A DNA stretch of 64,000 nucleotides. Source: the human T2T-CHM13v2.0 reference genome, Homo sapiens. The stretch lies in NCBI RefSeq assembly GCF_009914755.1, contig NC_060942.1. The stretch is one strand, 5' to 3'. Shown piece by piece: positions 25,901-40,900 of the stretch. Position 1 is the first letter of the stretch; each line of letters starts with the position of its first letter. The notes under the pieces were generated by a model. That model saw only the letters and a program-made list of their open reading frames with translations, made no database searches and had not been told where the DNA came from. Both the position numbers and the translations under genes were made by a program.

Positions 25901-28900
25901 AGCATTCTCAGAAACTTGTTTGTGATGTGTGCCCTCTACTGACAGAGTTGAACCTTTCTTTTCATAGAGCAGTTTTGAAACACTCTTTTTGTAGAATCTG
26001 CAAGAGGATATTTGCATAGCTTTGAGGATTTCGTGGGAAACGGGATTGTCTTCAGGTAAAATCTAGACAGAAGCATTCTCAGAAACTTCTTTGGGATGTT
26101 TGCATTCAAGTCACAGAGTAGAACATTCCCTTTGGTAGAGCAGGTTTGAAACACTCTTTTTGTAGTATCTGGAAGTGGACATTTGGAGCGCTTTCAGGCC
26201 CATGTTGGAAAGGGAAATATCTTCCCGTAACAACTAGGCAGAAGCATTCTCAGAAACTTATTTGAGATGTGTGTACTCAACTAAGAGAATTGAACCACCG
26301 TTTTGAAGGAGCAGTTTTGAAACACTCTTTTTCTGGAATCTGCAAGAGTATATTTGCCTAGCCTTGAGGATTTCGTTGGAAACGGGATTGTCTTCAGAGA
26401 AAATCTAGACAGAAGCATTCTCAGAAACTTCTTTGGGATGCTTGCATTCAAGTCACAGAGTAGAACATTCCCTTTGGTAGAGCAGGTTTGAAACACTCTT
26501 TTTGTAGTATCTGGAAGTGGACATTTGGAGCGCTTTCAGGCCTACGTTGGAAAAGGAAATATCTTCCCATAACAACTAGACAGAAGCATTCTCAGAAACT
26601 AGTTTCTGATGTGTGTCCTCAACTAACACAGTTGAACATTTCTTTAGACAGAACAGTTTTGAAACACTCTTTTTGTGGAATCTGCAAGTGGCTATTTGGC
26701 TAGATTTGAGGATTTCGTTGGAAACGGGATTACATATAAAAAGCAGTCAGCGGCATTCTCAGAAAGTTCTTTGTGATGATTGCATTCAAGTCACAGAATT
26801 GAACATTCCCTTTCACAGAGCAGGTTTGAAACACTCTTTTTGTAGTGTGTGTAAGTGGACATTTGGAGCACTTACCGGCCTAAGGTGAAAAAGGAAATAA
26901 TCTTCCCATAAAAACTAGACAGAAGCATTCTCAGAAACTTACTCGTGATGTGTGTCCTCAACTAAAGGAGTAGAACCTTTCTTTTCATAGAGAAGTTTTG
27001 AAACGCTCTTTTTGTGGAATCTGCAAGTGGATATTTGGCTAGTTTTGAGGATTTCGTTGGAAGCGGGAATTCATACAAATTGCAGACTGCAGCGTTCTGA
27101 GAAACATCTTTGTGATGTTTGTATTCAGGACACAGAGTTGAACATTCCCTATCATAGAGCAGGTTGGAATCACTCCTTTTGTAGTATCTGGAAGTGGACA
27201 TTTGGAGCGCTTTCAGGCCTATGTTGGAAAAGGAAATATCTTCCCATAACAACTAGACAGAAGCATTCTCAGAAACTTATTTGAGATGTGTGTACTCAAC
27301 TAAGAGAATTGAACCACCGTTTTGAAGGAGCAGTTTTGAAACTCTCTTTTTCTGGAATCTGCAAGTGGATATTTGGCTAGCTTTGGGGATTTCGCTGGAA
27401 GCGGGAATACATATAAAAAGCACACAGCAGCGTTCTGAGAAACTGCTTTCTGATGTTTGCATTCAAGTCAAAAGTTGAACACTCCCTTTCATAGAGCAGT
27501 CCTGAAACACCCCTTTTGTAGTATCTGGAACTGGACTTTTGGAGCGATTTCAGGGCTAAGGTGAAAAAGGAAATATCTTCCCATAAAAACTGGACAGAAG
27601 CATTCTCAGAAACTTGTTTATGCTGTATCTACTCAACTAACAAAGTTGAACCTTTCTTTTGATAGAGCAGTTTTGAAATGGTCTTTTTGTGGAATCTGCA
27701 AGTGGATATTTGGCTAGTTTTGAGGATTTCGTTGGAAGCGGGAATTCATACAAATTGCAGACTGCAGCGTTCTGAGAAACATCTTTGTGATGTTTGTATT
27801 CAGGACACAGAGTTGAACATTCCCTATCATAGAGCAGGTTGGAATCACTCCTTTTGTAGTATCTGGAAGTGGACATTTGGAGCGCTTTCAGGCCTATTTT
27901 GGAAAGGGAAATATCTTCCCGTAACAACTATGCAGAAGCATTCTCAGAAACTTGTTTGTGATGTGTGCCCTCTACTGACAGAGTTGAACCTTTCTTTTCA
28001 TAGAGCAGTTTTGAAACACTCTTTTTGTAGAATCTGCAAGAGGATATTTGCATAGCTTTGAGGATTTCGTGGGAAACGGGATTGTCTTCAGGTAAAATCT
28101 AGACAGAAGCATTCTCAGAAACTTCTTTGGGATGTTTGCATTCAAGTCACAGAGTAGAACATTCCCTTTGGTAGAGCAGGTTTGAAACACTCTTTTTGTA
28201 GTATCTGGAAGTGGACATTTGGAGCGCTTTCAGGCCCATGTTGGAAAGGGAAATATCTTCCCGTAACAACTAGGCAGAAGCATTCTCAGAAACTTATTTG
28301 AGATGTGTGTACTCAACTAAGAGAATTGAACCACCGTTTTGAAGGAGCAGTTTTGAAACACTCTTTTTCTGGAATCTGCAAGAGTATATTTGCCTAGCCT
28401 TGAGGATTTCGTTGGAAACGGGATTGTCTTCAGAGAAAATCTAGACAGAAGCATTCTCAGAAACTTCTTTGGGATGCTTGCATTCAAGTCACAGAGTAGA
28501 ACATTCCCTTTGGTAGAGCAGGTTTGAAACACTCTTTTTGTAGTATCTGGAAGTGGACATTTGGAGCGCTTTCAGGCCTACGTTGGAAAAGGAAATATCT
28601 TCCCATAACAACTAGACAGAAGCATTCTCAGAAACTAGTTTCTGATGTGTGTCCTCAACTAACACAGTTGAACATTTCTTTAGACAGAACAGTTTTGAAA
28701 CACTCTTTTTGTGGAATCTGCAAGTGGCTATTTGGCTAGATTTGAGGATTTCGTTGGAAACGGGATTACATATAAAAAGCAGTCAGCGGCATTCTCAGAA
28801 AGTTCTTTGTGATGATTGCATTCAAGTCACAGAATTGAACATTCCCTTTCACAGAGCAGGTTTGAAACACTCTTTTTGTAGTGTGTGTAAGTGGACATTT

Positions 28901-31900
28901 GGAGCACTTACCGGCCTAAGGTGAAAAAGGAAATAATCTTCCCATAAAAACTAGACAGAAGCATTCTCAGAAACTTACTCGTGATGTGTGTCCTCAACTA
29001 AAGGAGTAGAACCTTTCTTTTCATAGAGAAGTTTTGAAACGCTCTTTTTGTGGAATCTGCAAGTGGATATTTGGCTAGTTTTGAGGATTTCGTTGGAAGC
29101 GGGAATTCATACAAATTGCAGACTGCAGCGTTCTGAGAAACATCTTTGTGATGTTTGTATTCAGGACACAGAGTTGAACATTCCCTATCATAGAGCAGGT
29201 TTGAATCACTCCTTTTGTAGTATCTGGAAGTGGACATTTGGAGCGCTTTCAGGCCTATGTTGGAAAAGGAAATATCTTCCCATAACAACTAGACAGAAGC
29301 ATTCTCAGAAACTTATTTGAGATGTGTGTACTCAACTAAGAGAATTGAACCACCGTTTTGAAGGAGCAGTTTTGAAACTCTCTTTTTCTGGAATCTGCAA
29401 GTGGATATTTGGCTAGCTTTGGGGATTTCGCTGGAAGCGGGAATACATATAAAAAGCACACAGCAGCGTTCTGAGAAACTGCTTTCTGATGTTTGCATTC
29501 AAGTCAAAAGTTGAACACTCCCTTTCATAGAGCAGTCCTGAAACACCCCTTTTGTAGTATCTGGAACTGGACTTTTGGAGCGATTTCAGGGCTAAGGTGA
29601 AAAAGGAAATATCTTCCCATAAAAACTGGACAGAAGCATTCTCAGAAACTTGTTTATGCTGTATCTACTCAACTAACAAAGTTGAACCTTTCTTTTGATA
29701 GAGCAGTTTTGAAATGGTCTTTTTGTGGAATCTGCAAGTGGATATTTGGCTAGTTTTGAGGATTTCGTTGGAAGCGGGAATTCATACAAATTGCAGACTG
29801 CAGCGTTCTGAGAAACATCTTTGTGATGTTTGTATTCAGGACACAGAGTTGAACATTCCCTATCATAGAGCAGGTTGGAATCACTCCTTTTGTAGTATCT
29901 GGAAGTGGACATTTGGAGCGCTTTCAGGCCTATTTTGGAAAGGGAAATATCTTCCCGTAACAACTATGCAGAAGCATTCTCAGAAACTTGTTTGTGATGT
30001 GTGCCCTCTACTGACAGAGTTGAACCTTTCTTTTCATAGAGCAGTTTTGAAACACTCTTTTTGTAGAATCTGCAAGAGGATATTTGCATAGCTTTGAGGA
30101 TTTCGTGGGAAACGGGATTGTCTTCAGGTAAAATCTAGACAGAAGCATTCTCAGAAACTTCTTTGGGATGTTTGCATTCAAGTCACAGAGTAGAACATTC
30201 CCTTTGGTAGAGCAGGTTTGAAACACTCTTTTTGTAGTATCTGGAAGTGGACATTTGGAGCGCTTTCAGGCCCATGTTGGAAAGGGAAATATCTTCCCGT
30301 AACAACTAGGCAGAAGCATTCTCAGAAACTTATTTGAGATGTGTGTACTCAACTAAGAGAATTGAACCACCGTTTTGAAGGAGCAGTTTTGAAACACTCT
30401 TTTTCTGGAATCTGCAAGAGTATATTTGCCTAGCCTTGAGGATTTCGTTGGAAACGGGATTGTCTTCAGAGAAAATCTAGACAGAAGCATTCTCAGAAAC
30501 TTCTTTGGGATGCTTGCATTCAAGTCACAGAGTAGAACATTCCCTTTGGTAGAGCAGGTTTGAAACACTCTTTTTGTAGTATCTGGAAGTGGACATTTGG
30601 AGCGCTTTCAGGCCTACGTTGGAAAAGGAAATATCTTCCCATAACAACTAGACAGAAGCATTCTCAGAAACTAGTTTCTGATGTGTGTCCTCAACTAACA
30701 CAGTTGAACATTTCTTTAGACAGAACAGTTTTGAAACACTCTTTTTGTGGAATCTGCAAGTGGCTATTTGGCTAGATTTGAGGATTTCGTTGGAAACGGG
30801 ATTACATATAAAAAGCAGTCAGCGGCATTCTCAGAAAGTTCTTTGTGATGATTGCATTCAAGTCACAGAATTGAACATTCCCTTTCACAGAGCAGGTTTG
30901 AAACACTCTTTTTGTAGTGTGTGTAAGTGGACATTTGGAGCACTTACCGGCCTAAGGTGAAAAAGGAAATAATCTTCCCATAAAAACTAGACAGAAGCAT
31001 TCTCAGAAACTTACTCGTGATGTGTGTCCTCAACTAAAGGAGTAGAACCTTTCTTTTCATAGAGAAGTTTTGAAACGCTCTTTTTGTGGAATCTGCAAGT
31101 GGATATTTGGCTAGTTTTGAGGATTTCGTTGGAAGCGGGAATTCATACAAATTGCAGACTGCAGCGTTCTGAGAAACATCTTTGTGATGTTTGTATTCAG
31201 GACACAGAGTTGAACATTCCCTATCATAGAGCAGGTTTGAATCACTCCTTTTGTAGTATCTGGAAGTGGACATTTGGAGCGCTTTCAGGCCTATGTTGGA
31301 AAAGGAAATATCTTCCCATAACAACTAGACAGAAGCATTCTCAGAAACTTATTTGAGATGTGTGTACTCAACTAAGAGAATTGAACCACCGTTTTGAAGG
31401 AGCAGTTTTGAAACTCTCTTTTTCTGGAATCTGCAAGTGGATATTTGGCTAGCTTTGGGGATTTCGCTGGAAGCGGGAATACATATAAAAAGCACACAGC
31501 AGCGTTCTGAGAAACTGCTTTCTGATGTTTGCATTCAAGTCAAAAGTTGAACACTCCCTTTCATAGAGCAGTCCTGAAACACCCCTTTTGTAGTATCTGG
31601 AACTGGACTTTTGGAGCGATTTCAGGGCTAAGGTGAAAAAGGAAATATCTTCCCATAAAAACTGGACAGAAGCATTCTCAGAAACTTGTTTATGCTGTAT
31701 CTACTCAACTAACAAAGTTGAACCTTTCTTTTGATAGAGCAGTTTTGAAATGGTCTTTTTGTGGAATCTGCAAGTGGATATTTGGCTAGTTTTGAGGATT
31801 TCGTTGGAAGCGGGAATTCGTACAAATTGCAGACTGCAGCGTTCTGAGAAACATCTTTGTGATGTTTGTATTCAGGACACAGAGTTGAACATTCCCTATC

Positions 31901-34900
31901 ATAGAGCAGGTTGGAATCACTCCTTTTGTAGTATCTGGAAGTGGACATTTGGAGCGCTTTCAGGCCTATTTTGGAAAGGGAAATATCTTCCCGTAACAAC
32001 TATGCAGAAGCATTCTCAGAAACTTGTTTGTGATGTGTGCCCTCTACTGACAGAGTTGAACCTTTCTTTTCATAGAGCAGTTTTGAAACACTCTTTTTGT
32101 AGAATCTGCAAGAGGATATTTGCATAGCTTTGAGGATTTCGTGGGAAACGGGATTGTCTTCAGGTAAAATCTAGACAGAAGCATTCTCAGAAACTTCTTT
32201 GGGATGTTTGCATTCAAGTCACAGAGTAGAACATTCCCTTTGGTAGAGCAGGTTTGAAACACTCTTTTTGTAGTATCTGGAAGTGGACATTTGGAGCGCT
32301 TTCAGGCCCATGTTGGAAAGGGAAATATCTTCCCGTAACAACTAGGCAGAAGCATTCTCAGAAACTTATTTGAGATGTGTGTACTCAACTAAGAGAATTG
32401 AACCACCGTTTTGAAGGAGCAGTTTTGAAACACTCTTTTTCTGGAATCTGCAAGAGTATATTTGCCTAGCCTTGAGGATTTCGTTGGAAACGGGATTGTC
32501 TTCAGAGAAAATCTAGACAGAAGCATTCTCAGAAACTTCTTTGGGATGCTTGCATTCAAGTCACAGAGTAGAACATTCCCTTTGGTAGAGCAGGTTTGAA
32601 ACACTCTTTTTGTAGTATCTGGAAGTGGACATTTGGAGCGCTTTCAGGCCTACGTTGGAAAAGGAAATATCTTCCCATAACAACTAGACAGAAGCATTCT
32701 CAGAAACTAGTTTCTGATGTGTGTCCTCAACTAACACAGTTGAACATTTCTTTAGACAGAACAGTTTTGAAACACTCTTTTTGTGGAATCTGCAAGTGGC
32801 TATTTGGCTAGATTTGAGGATTTCGTTGGAAACGGGATTACATATAAAAAGCAGTCAGCGGCATTCTCAGAAAGTTCTTTGTGATGATTGCATTCAAGTC
32901 ACAGAATTGAACATTCCCTTTCACAGAGCAGGTTTGAAACACTCTTTTTGTAGTGTGTGTAAGTGGACATTTGGAGCACTTACCGGCCTAAGGTGAAAAA
33001 GGAAATAATCTTCCCATAAAAACTAGACAGAAGCATTCTCAGAAACTTACTCGTGATGTGTGTCCTCAACTAAAGGAGTAGAACCTTTCTTTTCATAGAG
33101 AAGTTTTGAAACGCTCTTTTTGTGGAATCTGCAAGTGGATATTTGGCTAGTTTTGAGGATTTCGTTGGAAGCGGGAATTCATACAAATTGCAGACTGCAG
33201 CGTTCTGAGAAACATCTTTGTGATGTTTGTATTCAGGACACAGAGTTGAACATTCCCTATCATAGAGCAGGTTTGAATCACTCCTTTTGTAGTATCTGGA
33301 AGTGGACATTTGGAGCGCTTTCAGGCCTATGTTGGAAAAGGAAATATCTTCCCATAACAACTAGACAGAAGCATTCTCAGAAACTTATTTGAGATGTGTG
33401 TACTCAACTAAGAGAATTGAACCACCGTTTTGAAGGAGCAGTTTTGAAACTCTCTTTTTCTGGAATCTGCAAGTGGATATTTGGCTAGCTTTGGGGATTT
33501 CGCTGGAAGCGGGAATACATATAAAAAGCACACAGCAGCGTTCTGAGAAACTGCTTTCTGATGTTTGCATTCAAGTCAAAAGTTGAACACTCCCTTTCAT
33601 AGAGCAGTCCTGAAACACCCCTTTTGTAGTATCTGGAACTGGACTTTTGGAGCGATTTCAGGGCTAAGGTGAAAAAGGAAATATCTTCCCATAAAAACTG
33701 GACAGAAGCATTCTCAGAAACTTGTTTATGCTGTATCTACTCAACTAACAAAGTTGAACCTTTCTTTTGATAGAGCAGTTTTGAAATGGTCTTTTTGTGG
33801 AATCTGCAAGTGGATATTTGGCTAGTTTTGAGGATTTCGTTGGAAGCGGGAATTCATACAAATTGCAGACTGCAGCGTTCTGAGAAACATCTTTGTGATG
33901 TTTGTATTCAGGACACAGAGTTGAACATTCCCTATCATAGAGCAGGTTGGAATCACTCCTTTTGTAGTATCTGGAAGTGGACATTTGGAGCGTTTTCAGG
34001 CCTATTTTGGAAAGGGAAATATCTTCCCGTAACAACTATGCAGAAGCATTCTCAGAAACTTGTTTGTGATGTGTGCCCTCTACTGACAGAGTTGAACCTT
34101 TCTTTTCATAGAGCAGTTTTGAAACACTCTTTTTGTAGAATCTGCAAGAGGATATTTGCATAGCTTTGAGGATTTCGTGGGAAACGGGATTGTCTTCAGG
34201 TAAAATCTAGACAGAAGCATTCTCAGAAACTTCTTTGGGATGTTTGCATTCAAGTCACAGAGTAGAACATTCCCTTTGGTAGAGCAGGTTTGAAACACTC
34301 TTTTTGTAGTATCTGGAAGTGGACATTTGGAGCGCTTTCAGGCCCATGTTGGAAAGGGAAATATCTTCCCGTAACAACTAGGCAGAAGCATTCTCAGAAA
34401 CTTATTTGAGATGTGTGTACTCAACTAAGAGAATTGAACCACCGTTTTGAAGGAGCAGTTTTGAAACACTCTTTTTCTGGAATCTGCAAGAGTATATTTG
34501 CCTAGCCTTGAGGATTTCGTTGGAAACGGGATTGTCTTCAGAGAAAATCTAGACAGAAGCATTCTCAGAAACTTCTTTGGGATGCTTGCATTCAAGTCAC
34601 AGAGTAGAACATTCCCTTTGGTAGAGCAGGTTTGAAACACTCTTTTTGTAGTATCTGGAAGTGGACATTTGGAGCGCTTTCAGGCCTACGTTGGAAAAGG
34701 AAATATCTTCCCATAACAACTAGACAGAAGCATTCTCAGAAACTAGTTTCTGATGTGTGTCCTCAACTAACACAGTTGAACATTTCTTTAGACAGAACAG
34801 TTTTGAAACACTCTTTTTGTGGAATCTGCAAGTGGCTATTTGGCTAGATTTGAGGATTTCGTTGGAAACGGGATTACATATAAAAAGCAGTCAGCGGCAT

Positions 34901-37900
34901 TCTCAGAAAGTTCTTTGTGATGATTGCATTCAAGTCACAGAATTGAACATTCCCTTTCACAGAGCAGGTTTGAAACACTCTTTTTGTAGTGTGTGTAAGT
35001 GGACATTTGGAGCACTTACCGGCCTAAGGTGAAAAAGGAAATAATCTTCCCATAAAAACTAGACAGAAGCATTCTCAGAAACTTACTCGTGATGTGTGTC
35101 CTCAACTAAAGGAGTAGAACCTTTCTTTTCATAGAGAAGTTTTGAAACGCTCTTTTTGTGGAATCTGCAAGTGGATATTTGGCTAGTTTTGAGGATTTCG
35201 TTGGAAGCGGGAATTCATACAAATTGCAGACTGCAGCGTTCTGAGAAACATCTTTGTGATGTTTGTATTCAGGACACAGAGTTGAACATTCCCTATCATA
35301 GAGCAGGTTTGAATCACTCCTTTTGTAGTATCTGGAAGTGGACATTTGGAGCGCTTTCAGGCCTATGTTGGAAAAGGAAATATCTTCCCATAACAACTAG
35401 ACAGAAGCATTCTCAGAAACTTATTTGAGATGTGTGTACTCAACTAAGAGAATTGAACCACCGTTTTGAAGGAGCAGTTTTGAAACTCTCTTTTTCTGGA
35501 ATCTGCAAGTGGATATTTGGCTAGCTTTGGGGATTTCGCTGGAAGCGGGAATACATATAAAAAGCACACAGCAGCGTTCTGAGAAACTGCTTTCTGATGT
35601 TTGCATTCAAGTCAAAAGTTGAACACTCCCTTTCATAGAGCAGTCCTGAAACACCCCTTTTGTAGTATCTGGAACTGGACTTTTGGAGCGATTTCAGGGC
35701 TAAGGTGAAAAAGGAAATATCTTCCCATAAAAACTGGACAGAAGCATTCTCAGAAACTTGTTTATGCTGTATCTACTCAACTAACAAAGTTGAACCTTTC
35801 TTTTGATAGAGCAGTTTTGAAATGGTCTTTTTGTGGAATCTGCAAGTGGATATTTGGCTAGTTTTGAGGATTTCGTTGGAAGCGGGAATTCATACAAATT
35901 GCAGACTGCAGCGTTCTGAGAAACATCTTTGTGATGTTTGTATTCAGGACACAGAGTTGAACATTCCCTATCATAGAGCAGGTTGGAATCACTCCTTTTG
36001 TAGTATCTGGAAGTGGACATTTGGAGCGCTTTCAGGCCTATTTTGGAAAGGGAAATATCTTCCCGTAACAACTATGCAGAAGCATTCTCAGAAACTTGTT
36101 TGTGATGTGTGCCCTCTACTGACAGAGTTGAACCTTTCTTTTCATAGAGCAGTTTTGAAACACTCTTTTTGTAGAATCTGCAAGAGGATATTTGCATAGC
36201 TTTGAGGATTTCGTGGGAAACGGGATTGTCTTCAGGTAAAATCTAGACAGAAGCATTCTCAGAAACTTCTTTGGGATGTTTGCATTCAAGTCACAGAGTA
36301 GAACATTCCCTTTGGTAGAGCAGGTTTGAAACACTCTTTTTGTAGTATCTGGAAGTGGACATTTGGAGCGCTTTCAGGCCCATGTTGGAAAGGGAAATAT
36401 CTTCCCGTAACAACTAGGCAGAAGCATTCTCAGAAACTTATTTGAGATGTGTGTACTCAACTAAGAGAATTGAACCACCGTTTTGAAGGAGCAGTTTTGA
36501 AACACTCTTTTTCTGGAATCTGCAAGAGTATATTTGCCTAGCCTTGAGGATTTCGTTGGAAACGGGATTGTCTTCAGAGAAAATCTAGACAGAAGCATTC
36601 TCAGAAACTTCTTTGGGATGCTTGCATTCAAGTCACAGAGTAGAACATTCCCTTTGGTAGAGCAGGTTTGAAACACTCTTTTTGTAGTATCTGGAAGTGG
36701 ACATTTGGAGCGCTTTCAGGCCTACGTTGGAAAAGGAAATATCTTCCCATAACAACTAGACAGAAGCATTCTCAGAAACTAGTTTCTGATGTGTGTCCTC
36801 AACTAACACAGTTGAACATTTCTTTAGACAGAACAGTTTTGAAACACTCTTTTTGTGGAATCTGCAAGTGGCTATTTGGCTAGATTTGAGGATTTCGTTG
36901 GAAACGGGATTACATATAAAAAGCAGTCAGCGGCATTCTCAGAAAGTTCTTTGTGATGATTGCATTCAAGTCACAGAATTGAACATTCCCTTTCACAGAG
37001 CAGGTTTGAAACACTCTTTTTGTAGTGTGTGTAAGTGGACATTTGGAGCACTTACCGGCCTAAGGTGAAAAAGGAAATATCTTCCCATAAAAACTAGACA
37101 GAAGCATTCTCAGAAACTTACTCGTGATGTGTGTCCTCAACTAAAGGAGTAGAACCTTTCTTTTCATAGAGAAGTTTTGAAACGCTCTTTTTGTGGAATC
37201 TGCAAGTGGATATTTGGCTAGTTTTGAGGATTTCGTTGGAAGCGGGAATTCATACAAATTGCAGACTGCAGCGTTCTGAGAAACATCTTTGTGATGTTTG
37301 TATTCAGGACACAGAGTTGAACATTCCCTATCATAGAGCAGGTTTGAATCACTCCTTTTGTAGTATCTGGAAGTGGACATTTGGAGCGCTTTCAGGCCTA
37401 TGTTGGAAAAGGAAATATCTTCCCATAACAACTAGACAGAAGCATTCTCAGAAACTTATTTGAGATGTGTGTACTCAACTAAGAGAATTGAACCACCGTT
37501 TTGAAGGAGCAGTTTTGAAACTCTCTTTTTCTGGAATCTGCAAGTGGATATTTGGCTAGCTTTGGGGATTTCGCTGGAAGCGGGAATACATATAAAAAGC
37601 ACACAGCAGCGTTCTGAGAAACTGCTTTCTGATGTTTGCATTCAAGTCAAAAGTTGAACACTCCCTTTCATAGAGCAGTCCTGAAACACCCCTTTTGTAG
37701 TATCTGGAACTGGACTTTTGGAGCGATTTCAGGGCTAAGGTGAAAAAGGAAATATCTTCCCATAAAAACTGGACAGAAGCATTCTCAGAAACTTGTTTAT
37801 GCTGTATCTACTCAACTAACAAAGTTGAACCTTTCTTTTGATAGAGCAGTTTTGAAATGGTCTTTTTGTGGAATCTGCAAGTGGATATTTGGCTAGTTTT

Positions 37901-40900
37901 GAGGATTTCGTTGGAAGCGGGAATTCATACAAATTGCAGACTGCAGCGTTCTGAGAAACATCTTTGTGATGTTTGTATTCAGGACACAGAGTTGAACATT
38001 CCCTATCATAGAGCAGGTTGGAATCACTCCTTTTGTAGTATCTGGAAGTGGACATTTGGAGCGCTTTCAGGCCTATTTTGGAAAGGGAAATATCTTCCCG
38101 TAACAACTATGCAGAAGCATTCTCAGAAACTTGTTTGTGATGTGTGCCCTCTACTGACAGAGTTGAACCTTTCTTTTCATAGAGCAGTTTTGAAACACTC
38201 TTTTTGTAGAATCTGCAAGAGGATATTTGCATAGCTTTGAGGATTTCGTGGGAAACGGGATTGTCTTCAGGTAAAATCTAGACAGAAGCATTCTCAGAAA
38301 CTTCTTTGGGATGTTTGCATTCAAGTCACAGAGTAGAACATTCCCTTTGGTAGAGCAGGTTTGAAACACTCTTTTTGTAGTATCTGGAAGTGGACATTTG
38401 GAGCGCTTTCAGGCCCATGTTGGAAAGGGAAATATCTTCCCGTAACAACTAGGCAGAAGCATTCTCAGAAACTTATTTGAGATGTGTGTACTCAACTAAG
38501 AGAATTGAACCACCGTTTTGAAGGAGCAGTTTTGAAACACTCTTTTTCTGGAATCTGCAAGAGTATATTTGCCTAGCCTTGAGGATTTCGTTGGAAACGG
38601 GATTGTCTTCAGAGAAAATCTAGACAGAAGCATTCTCAGAAACTTCTTTGGGATGCTTGCATTCAAGTCACAGAGTAGAACATTCCCTTTGGTAGAGCAG
38701 GTTTGAAACACTCTTTTTGTAGTATCTGGAAGTGGACATTTGGAGCGCTTTCAGGCCTACGTTGGAAAAGGAAATATCTTCCCATAACAACTAGACAGAA
38801 GCATTCTCAGAAACTAGTTTCTGATGTGTGTCCTCAACTAACACAGTTGAACATTTCTTTAGACAGAACAGTTTTGAAACACTCTTTTTGTGGAATCTGC
38901 AAGTGGCTATTTGGCTAGATTTGAGGATTTCGTTGGAAACGGGATTACATATAAAAAGCAGTCAGCGGCATTCTCAGAAAGTTCTTTGTGATGATTGCAT
39001 TCAAGTCACAGAATTGAACATTCCCTTTCACAGAGCAGGTTTGAAACACTCTTTTTGTAGTGTGTGTAAGTGGACATTTGGAGCACTTACCGGCCTAAGG
39101 TGAAAAAGGAAATAATCTTCCCATAAAAACTAGACAGAAGCATTCTCAGAAACTTACTCGTGATGTGTGTCCTCAACTAAAGGAGTAGAACCTTTCTTTT
39201 CATAGAGAAGTTTTGAAACGCTCTTTTTGTGGAATCTGCAAGTGGATATTTGGCTAGTTTTGAGGATTTCGTTGGAAGCGGGAATTCATACAAATTGCAG
39301 ACTGCAGCGTTCTGAGAAACATCTTTGTGATGTTTGTATTCAGGACACAGAGTTGAACATTCCCTATCATAGAGCAGGTTTGAATCACTCCTTTTGTAGT
39401 ATCTGGAAGTGGACATTTGGAGCGCTTTCAGGCCTATGTTGGAAAAGGAAATATCTTCCCATAACAACTAGACAGAAGCATTCTCAGAAACTTATTTGAG
39501 ATGTGTGTACTCAACTAAGAGAATTGAACCACCGTTTTGAAGGAGCAGTTTTGAAACTCTCTTTTTCTGGAATCTGCAAGTGGATATTTGGCTAGCTTTG
39601 GGGATTTCGCTGGAAGCGGGAATACATATAAAAAGCACACAGCAGCGTTCTGAGAAACTGCTTTCTGATGTTTGCATTCAAGTCAAAAGTTGAACACTCC
39701 CTTTCATAGAGCAGTCCTGAAACACCCCTTTTGTAGTATCTGGAACTGGACTTTTGGAGCGATTTCAGGGCTAAGGTGAAAAAGGAAATATCTTCCCATA
39801 AAAACTGGACAGAAGCATTCTCAGAAACTTGTTTATGCTGTATCTACTCAACTAACAAAGTTGAACCTTTCTTTTGATAGAGCAGTTTTGAAATGGTCTT
39901 TTTGTGGAATCTGCAAGTGGATATTTGGCTAGTTTTGAGGATTTCGTTGGAAGCGGGAATTCATACAAATTGCAGACTGCAGCGTTCTGAGAAACATCTT
40001 TGTGATGTTTGTATTCAGGACACAGAGTTGAACATTCCCTATCATAGAGCAGGTTGGAATCACTCCTTTTGTAGTATCTGGAAGTGGACATTTGGAGCGC
40101 TTTCAGGCCTATTTTGGAAAGGGAAATATCTTCCCGTAACAACTATGCAGAAGCATTCTCAGAAACTTGTTTGTGATGTGTGCCCTCTACTGACAGAGTT
40201 GAACCTTTCTTTTCATAGAGCAGTTTTGAAACACTCTTTTTGTAGAATCTGCAAGAGGATATTTGCATAGCTTTGAGGATTTCGTGGGAAACGGGATTGT
40301 CTTCAGGTAAAATCTAGACAGAAGCATTCTCAGAAACTTCTTTGGGATGTTTGCATTCAAGTCACAGAGTAGAACATTCCCTTTGGTAGAGCAGGTTTGA
40401 AACACTCTTTTTGTAGTATCTGGAAGTGGACATTTGGAGCGCTTTCAGGCCCATGTTGGAAAGGGAAATATCTTCCCGTAACAACTAGGCAGAAGCATTC
40501 TCAGAAACTTATTTGAGATGTGTGTACTCAACTAAGAGAATTGAACCACCGTTTTGAAGGAGCAGTTTTGAAACACTCTTTTTCTGGAATCTGCAAGAGT
40601 ATATTTGCCTAGCCTTGAGGATTTCGTTGGAAACGGGATTGTCTTCAGAGAAAATCTAGACAGAAGCATTCTCAGAAACTTCTTTGGGATGCTTGCATTC
40701 AAGTCACAGAGTAGAACATTCCCTTTGGTAGAGCAGGTTTGAAACACTCTTTTTGTAGTATCTGGAAGTGGACATTTGGAGCGCTTTCAGGCCTACGTTG
40801 GAAAAGGAAATATCTTCCCATAACAACTAGACAGAAGCATTCTCAGAAACTAGTTTCTGATGTGTGTCCTCAACTAACACAGTTGAACATTTCTTTAGAC

